Below, piece after piece: positions 8,826 through 18,113 of a stretch of DNA of 18,313 nucleotides. Made by a program: the position numbers and the translations under genes. The stretch is from assembly GCA_000388065.2 (NCBI GenBank), contig KB932210.1. One strand, written 5' to 3'. This DNA comes from Fonticula alba ATCC 38817. Lineage: Eukaryota > Protista > Nucleariida. The stretch's first letter is position 1, and every line of letters starts with the position of its first letter. Below the pieces are notes generated by a model, which saw only the letters and a list, made by a program, of their open reading frames with translations, made no database searches and was not told the DNA's origin.

Positions 8826-9159
8826 CCGCCGGAGCAGACATGGCCCGGGCAGGGTATGCCCGCCAGGCCCGCGGGATTGCCCCGCAGGCGAGTGCCAACG
8901 CTCGGCCCGGGCGATCCTCCGGGGCGGTTTATGGCTGGGCCGCGCGTGGAGGCGCCGCGCCGGGCCCGCCCCCACCGATCCTCCCCAACCCCCCCGCCGT
9001 GCCCCCCGCCTGCTCCCCGCCGCCATAGGCACATCGCTAGCCTTCGCCTCCCCCCCCCCAGAAGCGCCGGTGGCATCCCCGACTACCGGCCCCTGACCAC
9101 GCCTCCCTGCCCTCTCGCCCCGTCTCCTCCTCCCGGGCACACCATCCGTGGGACACATC

Positions 9160-9160
<1 letters not shown>

Positions 9161-9199
<39 letters not shown>

Positions 9200-9200
9200 C
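9161..9200. repeat. (GCAC)10 tetranucleotide microsatellite between the divergent hydrolase and CLASRP genes
   Basis: Ten perfect GCAC units ending 30 nt upstream of ATG 9231. Confidence 0.95.
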
Positions 9201-9230
9201 ACAAGCCCCCTCCCCACCCCGCGCATCGGC

Positions 9231-12200
9231 ATGTGGCACGCAGCACGCGAAAATGAGAAGCGCATCAGGCAGCGCCTGTACGAGTTGAAGAAGCGCGGCG
9301 AGCGCCGGCGCGCCTTCCTCAACAGCATGGTGCGCTGCTCCCGGCGTCCCCACCGCCTCAGGACCCCCCTCTCTCGCTCACACCCCATGTCGCCACCGCC
9401 GCCGCCGCCGCCGCCGCCGGACCCACGCCTCCCGTAGGATCACGACCAGACCGAGGACCTGCGCGTCGTCGGCGTGTCGGCCGCCGAGCAGCCGAGCACC
9501 GACGCCGAGGACCTTCTCCCCGGGGAGCTGAACGAGCATGCCCACCTGTGCGTGCCTCCGGCGATCACTCCTCCTTGACGTACACACATCCCCGCCCCCC
9601 GCCCCCCTGGCTCCGCTCCTGACAGCATGTGCCCTCGCCGGGATCCCGGCCACCTTCGGATCGCCGCCGCCGCCGCCGCCGTCGCCACGCCCAGCCTCCA
9701 GTGGGCTGGCGACCCGTCAGTCTTCCTCGATCGGTACGCTCCGCGCCCGGGTTCTGGGCAGGCCCACGCGCACACACGCCGCACTGTCCTCCCCCCCCCC
9801 CCCCTCCCCCGGGCTCGATCACTGACAATGGCCTCACGCCCAGCTTCGACGCCCGCAGCTTGCTCGGCTACCTGCCGCGCGTTGCGCCGGCTCCGGCGCT
9901 CACCCGCCGCGAGGAGCGCAAGAAGGAGGCCGAAGACGACCTGCTCCAGTTTGAGCGGTACCGCCACCTGGTCGAGGCGGCCCGCCTGGACCGTGCGTCC
10001 CTGCCCACCTGCCCTCCCATTGACCCGCATGCCACGCCGGCCCGCGGCCACACCACGGAGGGCAGCTGGCGGCACCCGACACCAAGCAGGCAAGCAAGCA
10101 CGCGAGCACAAACTAACGCCCAATCCCCGCTGGTCCCCCAGTGAATGAGCGCGACTTCCTCAAGAGCATCGAGCAATACTGGGATCGTGTGTTCGAGTCC
10201 CGTGCCCAGGTCGGGCAATTCTTCAATCAACCGGCCGGCCCCGGCCACCACTCCGGCCGGCACCACCCTGCCGACCCGATGTGCGTGCCCCGGGCCAATG
10301 GCCCGGCGGCTGGTCTCCACTCGCCTGCCCCTCCCTCCCGGTCCTCTCCGCATCTTAACTCCCCCCCCCCATCTCGCGCCTCGCCTGGCATGGCAGCCCG
10401 CGTCCCGAGGTCCCGATCCTGGCCCTGCCGCCGCCCGGCCCGGGCGCCATCGCCTCCCAGTACTCGAGCGGTGTGTGTGCCGCCGCCGTGCGCGTGCCCA
10501 CCCTTGCTGCCCCCAAGCTGGCCCTCATCTCGCCCCACTTCGCCTGCCTCCCGCGCTCGCCCCCGGCGCTGCGGGCCCCGCTCGAGCACCACACTAAACC
10601 CCCCTGAAAACGCCCCCCAACGCGCCGGTGGACGGCGTCCCCTCCTCCCTCTCCCTCTCCCCACCCCTCCCATGCCCCCTCNNNNNNNNNNNNNNNNNNN
10701 NNNNNNNNNNNNNNNNNNNNNNNNNNNNNNNNNNNNNNNNNNNNNNNNNNNNNNNNNNNNNNNNNNNNNNNNNNNNNNNNNNNNNNNNNNNNNNNNNNNN
10801 NNNNNNNNNNNNNNNNNNNNNNNNNNNNNNNNNNNNNNNNNNNNNNNNNNNNNNNNNNNNNNNNNNNNNNNCCCCCCCCACCTCCCCGCCCCGCTAGACA
10901 CCAGCCTGATTCAGGCCCTGGACCGCCTGCCCGGACACACCCTCGACCAGCTGGCCACACTGGGCCGGCGCTTTGGCATGCAGCAGCTCGTGCAGCACCT
11001 GTACCTGGCCTCGGTGGAGGCGGCCCGCGGCCAGGCCAACCGCAACAGCACCGAGCGCCTCATCCAGCAGGCGGCCCGCGGCCAGGCCCAAGCCCAGGCC
11101 CAGGCCGAGGCCGGCTCCGGGACCCTTTCACACCGAGCCCTCAAGTACCAGAGCAAGCGTCTCCGGCGCTTGCTCCGGAAGAAGCTCCAGTACCAGGCCC
11201 GCGGCATCGAGGCCAGCACCGACGGCCCGGCCTTCAGCCCCCTTTGGAACTGGCTCGAGCGCAATGCCCCCCCGGCCGCGCACGATGACCCCGGCGACTC
11301 GGACTCCGACTCGGATGACGACAGCGACAGCGACAGTGACCATGACCAGGCCAGGCCCGGTCGCGGTGGCTATGACCAGGCCAGGACCGGTCGCGGTGGC
11401 TATGACCGGGACCGGGACCGGGACCGGGACCGGGACCGGGACCGGGACCGGGACCGGGACCGGGGCCCGGGCCGCTCCGCCCAGGACTCCCGCGCCGCGC
11501 TCTCGCACCTGCCCGTCTCGCCGGCACTGGCCCCGGCACGTTCATTCCCCTCGCCGGCGCTGGCCCCGGCGCCCGAGGAGCCCCCCAGCAAGCCCCTCTC
11601 CCGGGCGGAAATGCTCAAGCAGCGCATGCAGCAGGCCCTCAACAAGAACAGTATGCCCCGGCTCTCCCCTCCGCCCCCCCCCCTCCCCCCCATCCGTCCC
11701 TCCTTTGGACACCGCTCCCACCCCTCTCTCCCTGGCTCTGACCCACTGCACCCTCGTGGCGCCGATCGTCAAAGTCATCGCCGACCAGCAAAAAGAGGCC
11801 GCCAAGCAGCACTCGCGCGAGATGGCCTCCCTGGTCGAAAGCCAACTGACGTCGGGCTTTGCCCGGCCGCCGCCCGCGACCGACCCCTTCGGCCGGGATC
11901 ACTCGCTGGCCATCAGCTCCTACGGCAATGGCGGCCCGTCGGTGGCTGCCACCGGCCGGCGCGCGTCCGACATCCGGGCCCCGGAGCCGCGCGCGCACCA
12001 CCAGAGCCTCCACCATGAGCGTGATCGACACGGCCGTGGTCGGGACCGCCGCAGCCGCACCCGGAGCCGCAGCCGCAGCCGCGACCGGCGTCGCAGCCGG
12101 AGCCGGAGCCGGAGCCGGAGCCGCGACGGTCGCCGCTATCGCAGCCGCAGCCGGAGCCGCAGCCGCGATCGCCATCGCCGCCGCAGCCGCAGCCCCGAAC

Positions 12201-12289
12201 GCGACTGGCGTTCCCGACGTGATGACGACCGATACTACTCCCGAGGCCGGCGCCCCCGCAGCCGCAGTCGCAGCCGCGACCGGCGATAA
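9231..12289 (+). CDS. CLASRP: CLK4-associating serine/arginine-rich protein (CLASRP/SFRS16-like; DRY_EERY N-terminus, C-terminal RS domain), about 8 exons, about 625 aa
   Basis: Exons 9231-9329, 9438-9547, 9695-9733 (or from 9626), 9844-9992, 10142-10280, 10397-10470, 10898-11650, 11775-12289 (1878 nt, frame consistent). N-terminus MWHAARENEKRIRQRLYELKKRGERRR; LQWAGDPSVFLDRFDARSLL; FERYRHLV; LSRAEMLKQRMQQALNKNIIAD; RS repeats. These resemble CLASRP (MWHEARKHERK..., WQGD...IDRFDVR, YERYRGLV, LKLRMQKALN). Exons 5-6 are less certain, and exons could be hidden in gap 10682-10871. Confidence 0.85.
10682..10871. other. Assembly gap (190 N) inside CLASRP intron 6
   Basis: N run followed by poly-C. 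Confidence 1.
11342..11401 (+). repeat. 30-bp coding tandem duplication (DQAR[P/T]GRGGY x2)
   Basis: Units 11342-11371 and 11372-11401 differ at one base (C11356 vs A11386). Confidence 0.9.
11404..11463 (+). repeat. (GACCGG)10 coding hexamer repeat encoding (Asp-Arg)10
   Basis: Perfect hexamer array, in frame in CLASRP exon 7. Confidence 0.95.
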
Positions 12290-12644
12290 AAGCCGCGGCA
12301 TCAGCAGCAGCAGCAGCAGCAACACCTCCAGCACTCCGGCGCTGCCGATGAATCCACCCCCCCCCCCCCCCCCGCTCCGTGTGCCCCGGCCCACAATGCT
12401 CTGGTCACATTCTCCAGAAATAGAATCACCCAAAAGGCCCCTCCAGCTGTGTTGAGTTAATAGAGCGGCATTCTGCCGGCATGTGCCCGTCGCGTGATTG
12501 TGTTATGGTGTTCTGCGCCGGCCGCCGGCGACACCCCCCTTCCGAAGCATGGCGCGCCCGGCCCGCGCGTGGTGTGCGAGTGCCCCGGCGCGCGCGTGCA
12601 TGCGCGTGCGCCCCCATGGCCACGCCCATCCCCCCCCCCCCCCC

Positions 12645-13580
12645 NNNNNNNNNNNNNNNNNNNNNNNNNNNNNNNNNNNNNNNNNNNNNNNNNNNNNNNN
12701 NNNNNNNNNNNNNNNNNNNNNNNNNNNNNNNNNNNNNNNNNNNNNNNNNNNNNNNNNNNNNNNNNNNNNNNNNNNNNNNNNNNNNNNNNNNNNNNNNNNN
12801 NNNNNNNNNNNNNNNNNNNNNNNNNNNNNNNNNNNNNNNNNNNNNNNNNNNNNNNNNNNNNNNNNNNNNNNNNNNNNNNNNNNNNNNNNNNNNNNNNNNN
12901 NNNNNNNNNNNNNNNNNNNNNNNNNNNNNNNNNNNNNNNNNNNNNNNNNNNNNNNNNNNNNNNNNNNNNNNNNNNNNNNNNNNNNNNNNNNNNNNNNNNN
13001 NNNNNNNNNNNNNNNNNNNNNNNNNNNNNNNNNNNNNNNNNNNNNNNNNNNNNNNNNNNNNNNNNNNNNNNNNNNNNNNNNNNNNNNNNNNNNNNNNNNN
13101 NNNNNNNNNNNNNNNNNNNNNNNNNNNNNNNNNNNNNNNNNNNNNNNNNNNNNNNNNNNNNNNNNNNNNNNNNNNNNNNNNNNNNNNNNNNNNNNNNNNN
13201 NNNNNNNNNNNNNNNNNNNNNNNNNNNNNNNNNNNNNNNNNNNNNNNNNNNNNNNNNNNNNNNNNNNNNNNNNNNNNNNNNNNNNNNNNNNNNNNNNNNN
13301 NNNNNNNNNNNNNNNNNNNNNNNNNNNNNNNNNNNNNNNNNNNNNNNNNNNNNNNNNNNNNNNNNNNNNNNNNNNNNNNNNNNNNNNNNNNNNNNNNNNN
13401 NNNNNNNNNNNNNNNNNNNNNNNNNNNNNNNNNNNNNNNNNNNNNNNNNNNNNNNNNNNNNNNNNNNNNNNNNNNNNNNNNNNNNNNNNNNNNNNNNNNN
13501 NNNNNNNNNNNNNNNNNNNNNNNNNNNNNNNNNNNNNNNNNNNNNNNNNNNNNNNNNNNNNNNNNNNNNNNNNNNNNNNN
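12645..13580. other. Assembly gap (936 N), expected to contain the EF-Tu promoter and first exon
   Basis: N run flanked on both sides by poly-C tracts. Confidence 1.
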
Positions 13581-13665
13581 CCGAGCGAACGCCCCCCCCC
13601 CCCCCCCCCCCCCCACTCACCCCCCCCCCCCCCCTCCCCCCCCCCCCCCCCCCACCCCGCCACAG

Positions 13666-14016
13666 GTCCGCGCCCCCGTGGCCGCCGTCGCCCCTCACGG
13701 CCTGACCGCCAAGACCACCACCCCCGCCGTGGCCTCGGTCATCAGCCGCATGATGTCGGAGTTCGTCCGCGAGAAGCCCCACCTGAACATCGGTACCATC
13801 GGTCACGTCGATCACGGCAAGACCTCCCTGACCGCCGCCATCACCCGCGTCCTGTCCAAGAAGGCCGGTGCCACCTTCCGCGCGTACGACCAGATCGACA
13901 ACGCCCCGGAGGAGCGCGCCCGCGGTATCACCATCAACTCCTCCCACATCGAGTATGAGACCGCCAACCGCCACTACGCCCACGTCGACTGCCCGGGTCA
14001 CGCGGATTACGTCAAG

Positions 14017-14048
<32 letters not shown>

Positions 14049-15211
14049 CGCCATCCTGGTCGTCGCCGCCACCGATGGTCAGATGCCCCAGACCCACGAG
14101 CACGTCCTGCTCGCGCGCCAGGTCGGCATCAACCGCCTCGTGGTCTTCGTCAACAAGGTCGACCAGGTCGACGAGGAGACCCTCGAGTACGTCGAGATGG
14201 AGATCCGTGAGGTACGCCCCCGGGCGCCCGGCGGCCGGGCGCAGTTTGCCCGCGCCCCGTGCCTTTTCCATCGGCCCCGGGTGTGTATATTGACCCGCCC
14301 TCTTCGCCTCCCCCCCTCCCCCCCCCCCCCCCCGTGCCCAGCTCCTCGGCACCTTCGGCTTCGAGGCCGACGAGACCCCCGTCATCTTCGGCTCCGCCCT
14401 GTGCGCCCTGGAGGAGCGCGAGGACAAGATCGGTAACGATGCCGTCCTCAAGCTCATGGATGCCGTCGACAACTGGATCCCCAACCCCGTCCGCGACCTG
14501 GACAAGCCCTTCCTCATGCCGATCGAGGGCACCTTCTCCATTCCCGGCCGTGGTACCGTCGTCACCGGCCGCGCCGAGCGCGGTATCATCAAGAAGGGTG
14601 ATGAGGTGGAGATCATCGGCTACGGCAGCACCATCAAGACCACCGTCACCGGTATCGAGATGTTCAAGAAGCTCCTGGACCAGGGCCAGGCTGGTGACCA
14701 GATGGGCGCCCTCATCCGTGGTGTCAAGCGCGAGGACGTCACCCGCGGCATGGTCATGGCCGCCCCCGGCACCATCAAGTCCCACAAGAGCTTCGAGTCC
14801 CAGGTGTACATTCTCACCAAGGAGGAGGGTGGCCGCCACACCTCGTTCGTCAACAACTACCGCCCCCAGATCTTCTTCCGCACCAGTGACATCACCGCCA
14901 CCGTCAAGCTCGAGCCGGTACGTTGCCCCTCGCGCGCGCGCCTCCCCCGGCCGTGGTGCCGGCGGCCCTGCCGTTGTTGTCCCGGCATATGCGCATGCCC
15001 GCCGCTGCTCTCTCTGACCCTTTCGCCGCGCGTTCCCCCCGCCCCGCCCCGCCCCTCCCGCCCACAGGGCCAGATGGTCGTCCCCGGTGACAACGTCAAG
15101 CTCTCCTTCGAGATGATCCACGAGGTCCCCATCGAGACCGGTCTGCGCTTCACCATCCGTGAGGGTGGCAAGACCGTCGGTACCGGTGTCGTCACCAACA
15201 TCCTCGACTAA
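13666..15211 (+). CDS. TUFM: Elongation factor Tu, mitochondrial (nuclear-encoded), 5'-partial; 3 visible exons, 421 aa visible
   Basis: Exons 13666-14211, 14342-14917, 15068-15211. [78 protein letters not shown]. The Ala/Thr/Arg-rich N-terminal extension is presequence-like and is preceded by a CACAG acceptor, so the start exon lies in gap 12645-13580. Strong C-ending and GGT codon bias. Confidence 0.95.
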
Positions 15212-15855
15212 GTGCGCCTTCGCGGGGATGACTCGCGCGCGTGTGTGCCACGCGCACATCCGTGCCCCTTCTCCCTCTCTCTCCTCCCCTGTCGCCGCCC
15301 TGCCACCCGAGGGGGGCGTGTGCGTGTGAGGGTGTGTACGCGCACCCCTCCTCGCTCCAACGCGGCGGCGCACATACACACACACACACCCGCCAGAGCC
15401 CCTGCCTACCTTCCTTTCCAAGTGCGCGAGGCCGCTCCCCCCCCCCCCCTCCGTTGGTGGCCCATCCTGCCGACGCCAGGGAGCAGTGGGACCACGCGCC
15501 ATTCTCTTCGCGAGTAAATGGTGGGGGCGAGGAGAGAGGCCTCACCAGAGGGGGAGAAGAGCAAGAGAGAGTGACTGCGCGAGCAAGACCATATATATCC
15601 CAATACACAACATACACCTACTTTGCGCGCGTGCCCCATGTTGCCCCTCGTGTTGCCGCCACGCGGGGGCGCACACACATACATCCAACAGAGCGGGGGA
15701 AAAAAAGTGCGGCGCCCCGTGGAGAGGGGGCCCCACCCGTGCGATCGTCTGTGCGTGTGTGTATGACTTGCATGTATGTCTAGGCCTGTCGCGCTGGACC
15801 GTGCGCGCGCGTCTGCGGCATGGCACCCCGCCGCACACATATATATATATTTTCA

Positions 15856-15861
15856 AATAAA
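15856..15861 (+). promoter_or_regulatory. Putative polyadenylation signal (AATAAA) of EF-Tu
   Basis: AATAAA next to an (AT)n patch, about 645 nt after the stop codon. Confidence 0.4.
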
Positions 15862-15918
15862 CGCCCTCGTGGGAGGGGGACGGCAGGGAAGAGCAGGGGC
15901 AAGAGAGGGGAGATATGC

Positions 15919-15920
<2 letters not shown>

Positions 15921-15956
<36 letters not shown>
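15921..15956. repeat. (GA)18 microsatellite between the convergent EF-Tu and MSP-domain genes
   Basis: Direct reading of the sequence. Confidence 0.95.
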
Positions 15957-15963
<7 letters not shown>

Positions 15964-16037
15964 GGGGGAAGGGCCCCGGCCAAGGACACCCCTCCCGGCC
16001 TCCTGCCACCCGCCTCAACACGCCGCGCAGGCGCGTG

Positions 16038-16065
<28 letters not shown>
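16038..16065. repeat. (CA)14 microsatellite just downstream of the MSP-domain gene stop
   Basis: Direct reading of the sequence. Confidence 0.95.
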
Positions 16066-16070
<5 letters not shown>

Positions 16071-16095
16071 GCAGGCAAGCTGGCCCCTGCCAAAA

Positions 16096-18113
16096 TTACG
16101 AGGGAATCACCGCGGCCGGGGCGGCGGCGGCGGCGGCGGCGGCGGCGCTCGCAAGCGCACACTGGCCGCCGGAGGCCGCCGTGGCCGCCAGCCGCAACGA
16201 CGTCGAATGGCACCCGTAGAAGTACCCCAGCAGCAGGCTCAGCACACAGACCACGGCCAGCATCAGGACCTCCCGGCCCATGGACAGGGCCAGGTGGCCG
16301 GAGTGCTTCTGCAGGACCGCCTCAAGCACCGACAGGTCCATGCCGACGGAGGCCCCCGTCGGCCCATGGGGGGACATGGCGTGCGGCGGTAGGCCGGCAC
16401 CGGCCAGCCCCGGCGCCTCGGCCATGGCAGGGCCCCCCACCCCACCATCGAGCAGGTACTTGCGATCGGCTGGGCCACTGGCGGGCCGGCCGGCGCCCGG
16501 CGGAAGCAGGGCACCGGCCGCCGCCGCGTGGCCCGCCGTGGCCGGCTGCTCCGGCCGGCCGAGAGCCCCATGCTCGGCCACGGCCGCCGCCGTGTTCACC
16601 ACGGTCGACAGCAGGTGGCAGGTAATCAGGGCCGAACTGATGTCATTCGCCTGGAAGGCGTCCACCAGCCGGCGGATGGTCAGGTCCGGCAGGTCCGGCC
16701 CCGGCAAGATGAGGCTCGACGCCGGGGAGGGATCTTGCAACAGGGCCGGCGGGGCCATGGATCCCGGGCCGGCGGTGGCCGCCCCCGAGCTCAGGAACTC
16801 AAGCAGCCGCGCGTCCGCCTGGTTCCAGAAGGCGTACACCTCCTTGGAGGGGGTGTTGGCCGGGTTGAAGGCCGCCGGCGCCGGGCACGCCCGGAGAACC
16901 AGCCGACCCACGGCGCTCCCGTGCTTCAGCCACTGCGCGGGCGGCGTGCACGCGTGCCGACATTGATATTGATATCGAACCGGCCAGCCCCGAAGAGACA
17001 GCGACATGGTGACAGAGGCATGGGCGGTGAGAAACGAAGAGGGGCGAGAGGGATGGCGAAGCAAGAAAACATGCACATGCACACAATCGCGCACGCACAC
17101 ACACACACACGCACCTCAACTGTACACACAGTGGTCGACCCGGCGGCCAGGATCCCCTGACTCGGGCGAATCGACAACTCCGGGGCATTGGCGTTGGACG
17201 CCGCGGCGAGCAGGCCCGAAAAGCAGTCAAACTGGCGCGCGCACGCGCACGCACGCATCAAGGAAAGGCGGCGGTGTCAGTGGCGCGGCCATGGCGAAGC
17301 AAGCGGCACCGGGCAGAGAGGGCAGGGCGGGCCAGTCGCAAAGCAAGCACCCAGGCCCCCGCAGGGCCCCCCCCCCCCCCCCCTGAAGTGTCAGGGCTTC
17401 TGTGCACCGCGCCACACGCCCACCCACGTGGCGATGACCAGGCCACAAACACGTACGCGGAAAATGAGCGGGGCAGAGTGGGTGTTCTTCAAGGTCAGGG
17501 TTGCTTGGGGGGGATTGGTCGAGGGGAACTTCGTGACGGGGCGCTTGAAAGACACGACCCCGGCCGGGCTCAGCTGCCGGGGAGGCAGGGCGTAGGGCGG
17601 AGCAGGGCAGGACAAGCAGAGAGAGAGAGAGGGAGGGAGGGAGGGGCGGGGGGAGGAACTGCATGAGGAGAAGAGCACACGCCACAGGGGGGGGGCGAAA
17701 GGGGACAGGCTGCGCGAAAAAGCGAGGGAGGGACGGAGAAAGAAGAACACCACACGCACCTGGAAGTGGCCATTCGACTGGTCCCCCAGTCCCAGCCAGG
17801 CGGCCGAGGTGGGCGGCACTTGGTCGCCGGCCGCCAGGCCGTCGGGCGCGGCGAGGGCCTCCGACCCGGCCGCGCCGGCCGCCGCATCCGAGGCCGGAGG
17901 CGCCTCGGCCGAGGAGAGCCGAGGGCGCGCGACAGCCCGGCGCGTGACCACCGGCGCGGTAGCCGGCGAGCTGATGCCCGCCACGGCCGGGGCCGACTTG
18001 GCCGGGGTCCGCGGCCCGGAGCCGGCCGCGGCCTCGTGCGACGCGGTGGCCGGCGCGGCCGCCGCCGCGGCCGCCGCCGCGGCCTTGCGAGTCCGCCTCC
18101 CGGCGTCACCCAT
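16096..18113 (-). CDS. Divergent MSP (major sperm protein)-domain protein with C-terminal transmembrane helix (VAP/Scs2/MOSPD-like), at least 4 exons, at least 474 aa, possibly 5'-partial
   Basis: Exons (minus) 18113-17760, 17573-17457, 17231-17115, 16932-16096 (1425 nt, all phase 0, GT-AG). LSPAGVVSFKRP...TLTLKNTHSAPLIFR...IRPSQGILAAGSTTVCTV...RLVLRA...YAFW follows the MSP pattern; hydrophobic VLMLAVVCVLSLLLGYFYG near the C-terminus. The gene model is well supported; the family call is by eye only. Confidence 0.6.

Noticed and set aside
6637-9096. 819-aa + strand ORF antisense to the hydrolase
   Set aside because: Shadow ORF caused by GC-rich codon usage on the opposite strand; it runs through an N gap and shows no domain.
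11342-11463. Short direct repeats (also 2361-2502) as a CRISPR array or transposon ends
   Set aside because: No spacer structure, terminal inverted repeats, target-site duplication or transposase; they are coding or local tandem duplications.
11400-11693. Antisense ORF reading (RS)10 from the GACCGG repeat
   Set aside because: The reverse complement of a DR hexamer repeat necessarily yields RS, PV and GP frames; no evidence for an antisense SR protein.
12631-13653. Very long poly-C tracts at gap edges as functional elements
   Set aside because: Their lengths are unreliable because sequencing fails at these homopolymers, so edge sequence may be partly artefactual.
12457-14616. 719-aa minus-strand ORF and other ORFs spanning the large gap
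   Set aside because: Antisense shadow of EF-Tu, inflated by N translated as X.
13666-15211. EF-Tu as bacterial contamination or an organellar insertion
   Set aside because: It has spliceosomal introns with host donor motifs and a presequence-like extension, so it is a normal nuclear gene for the mitochondrial factor.
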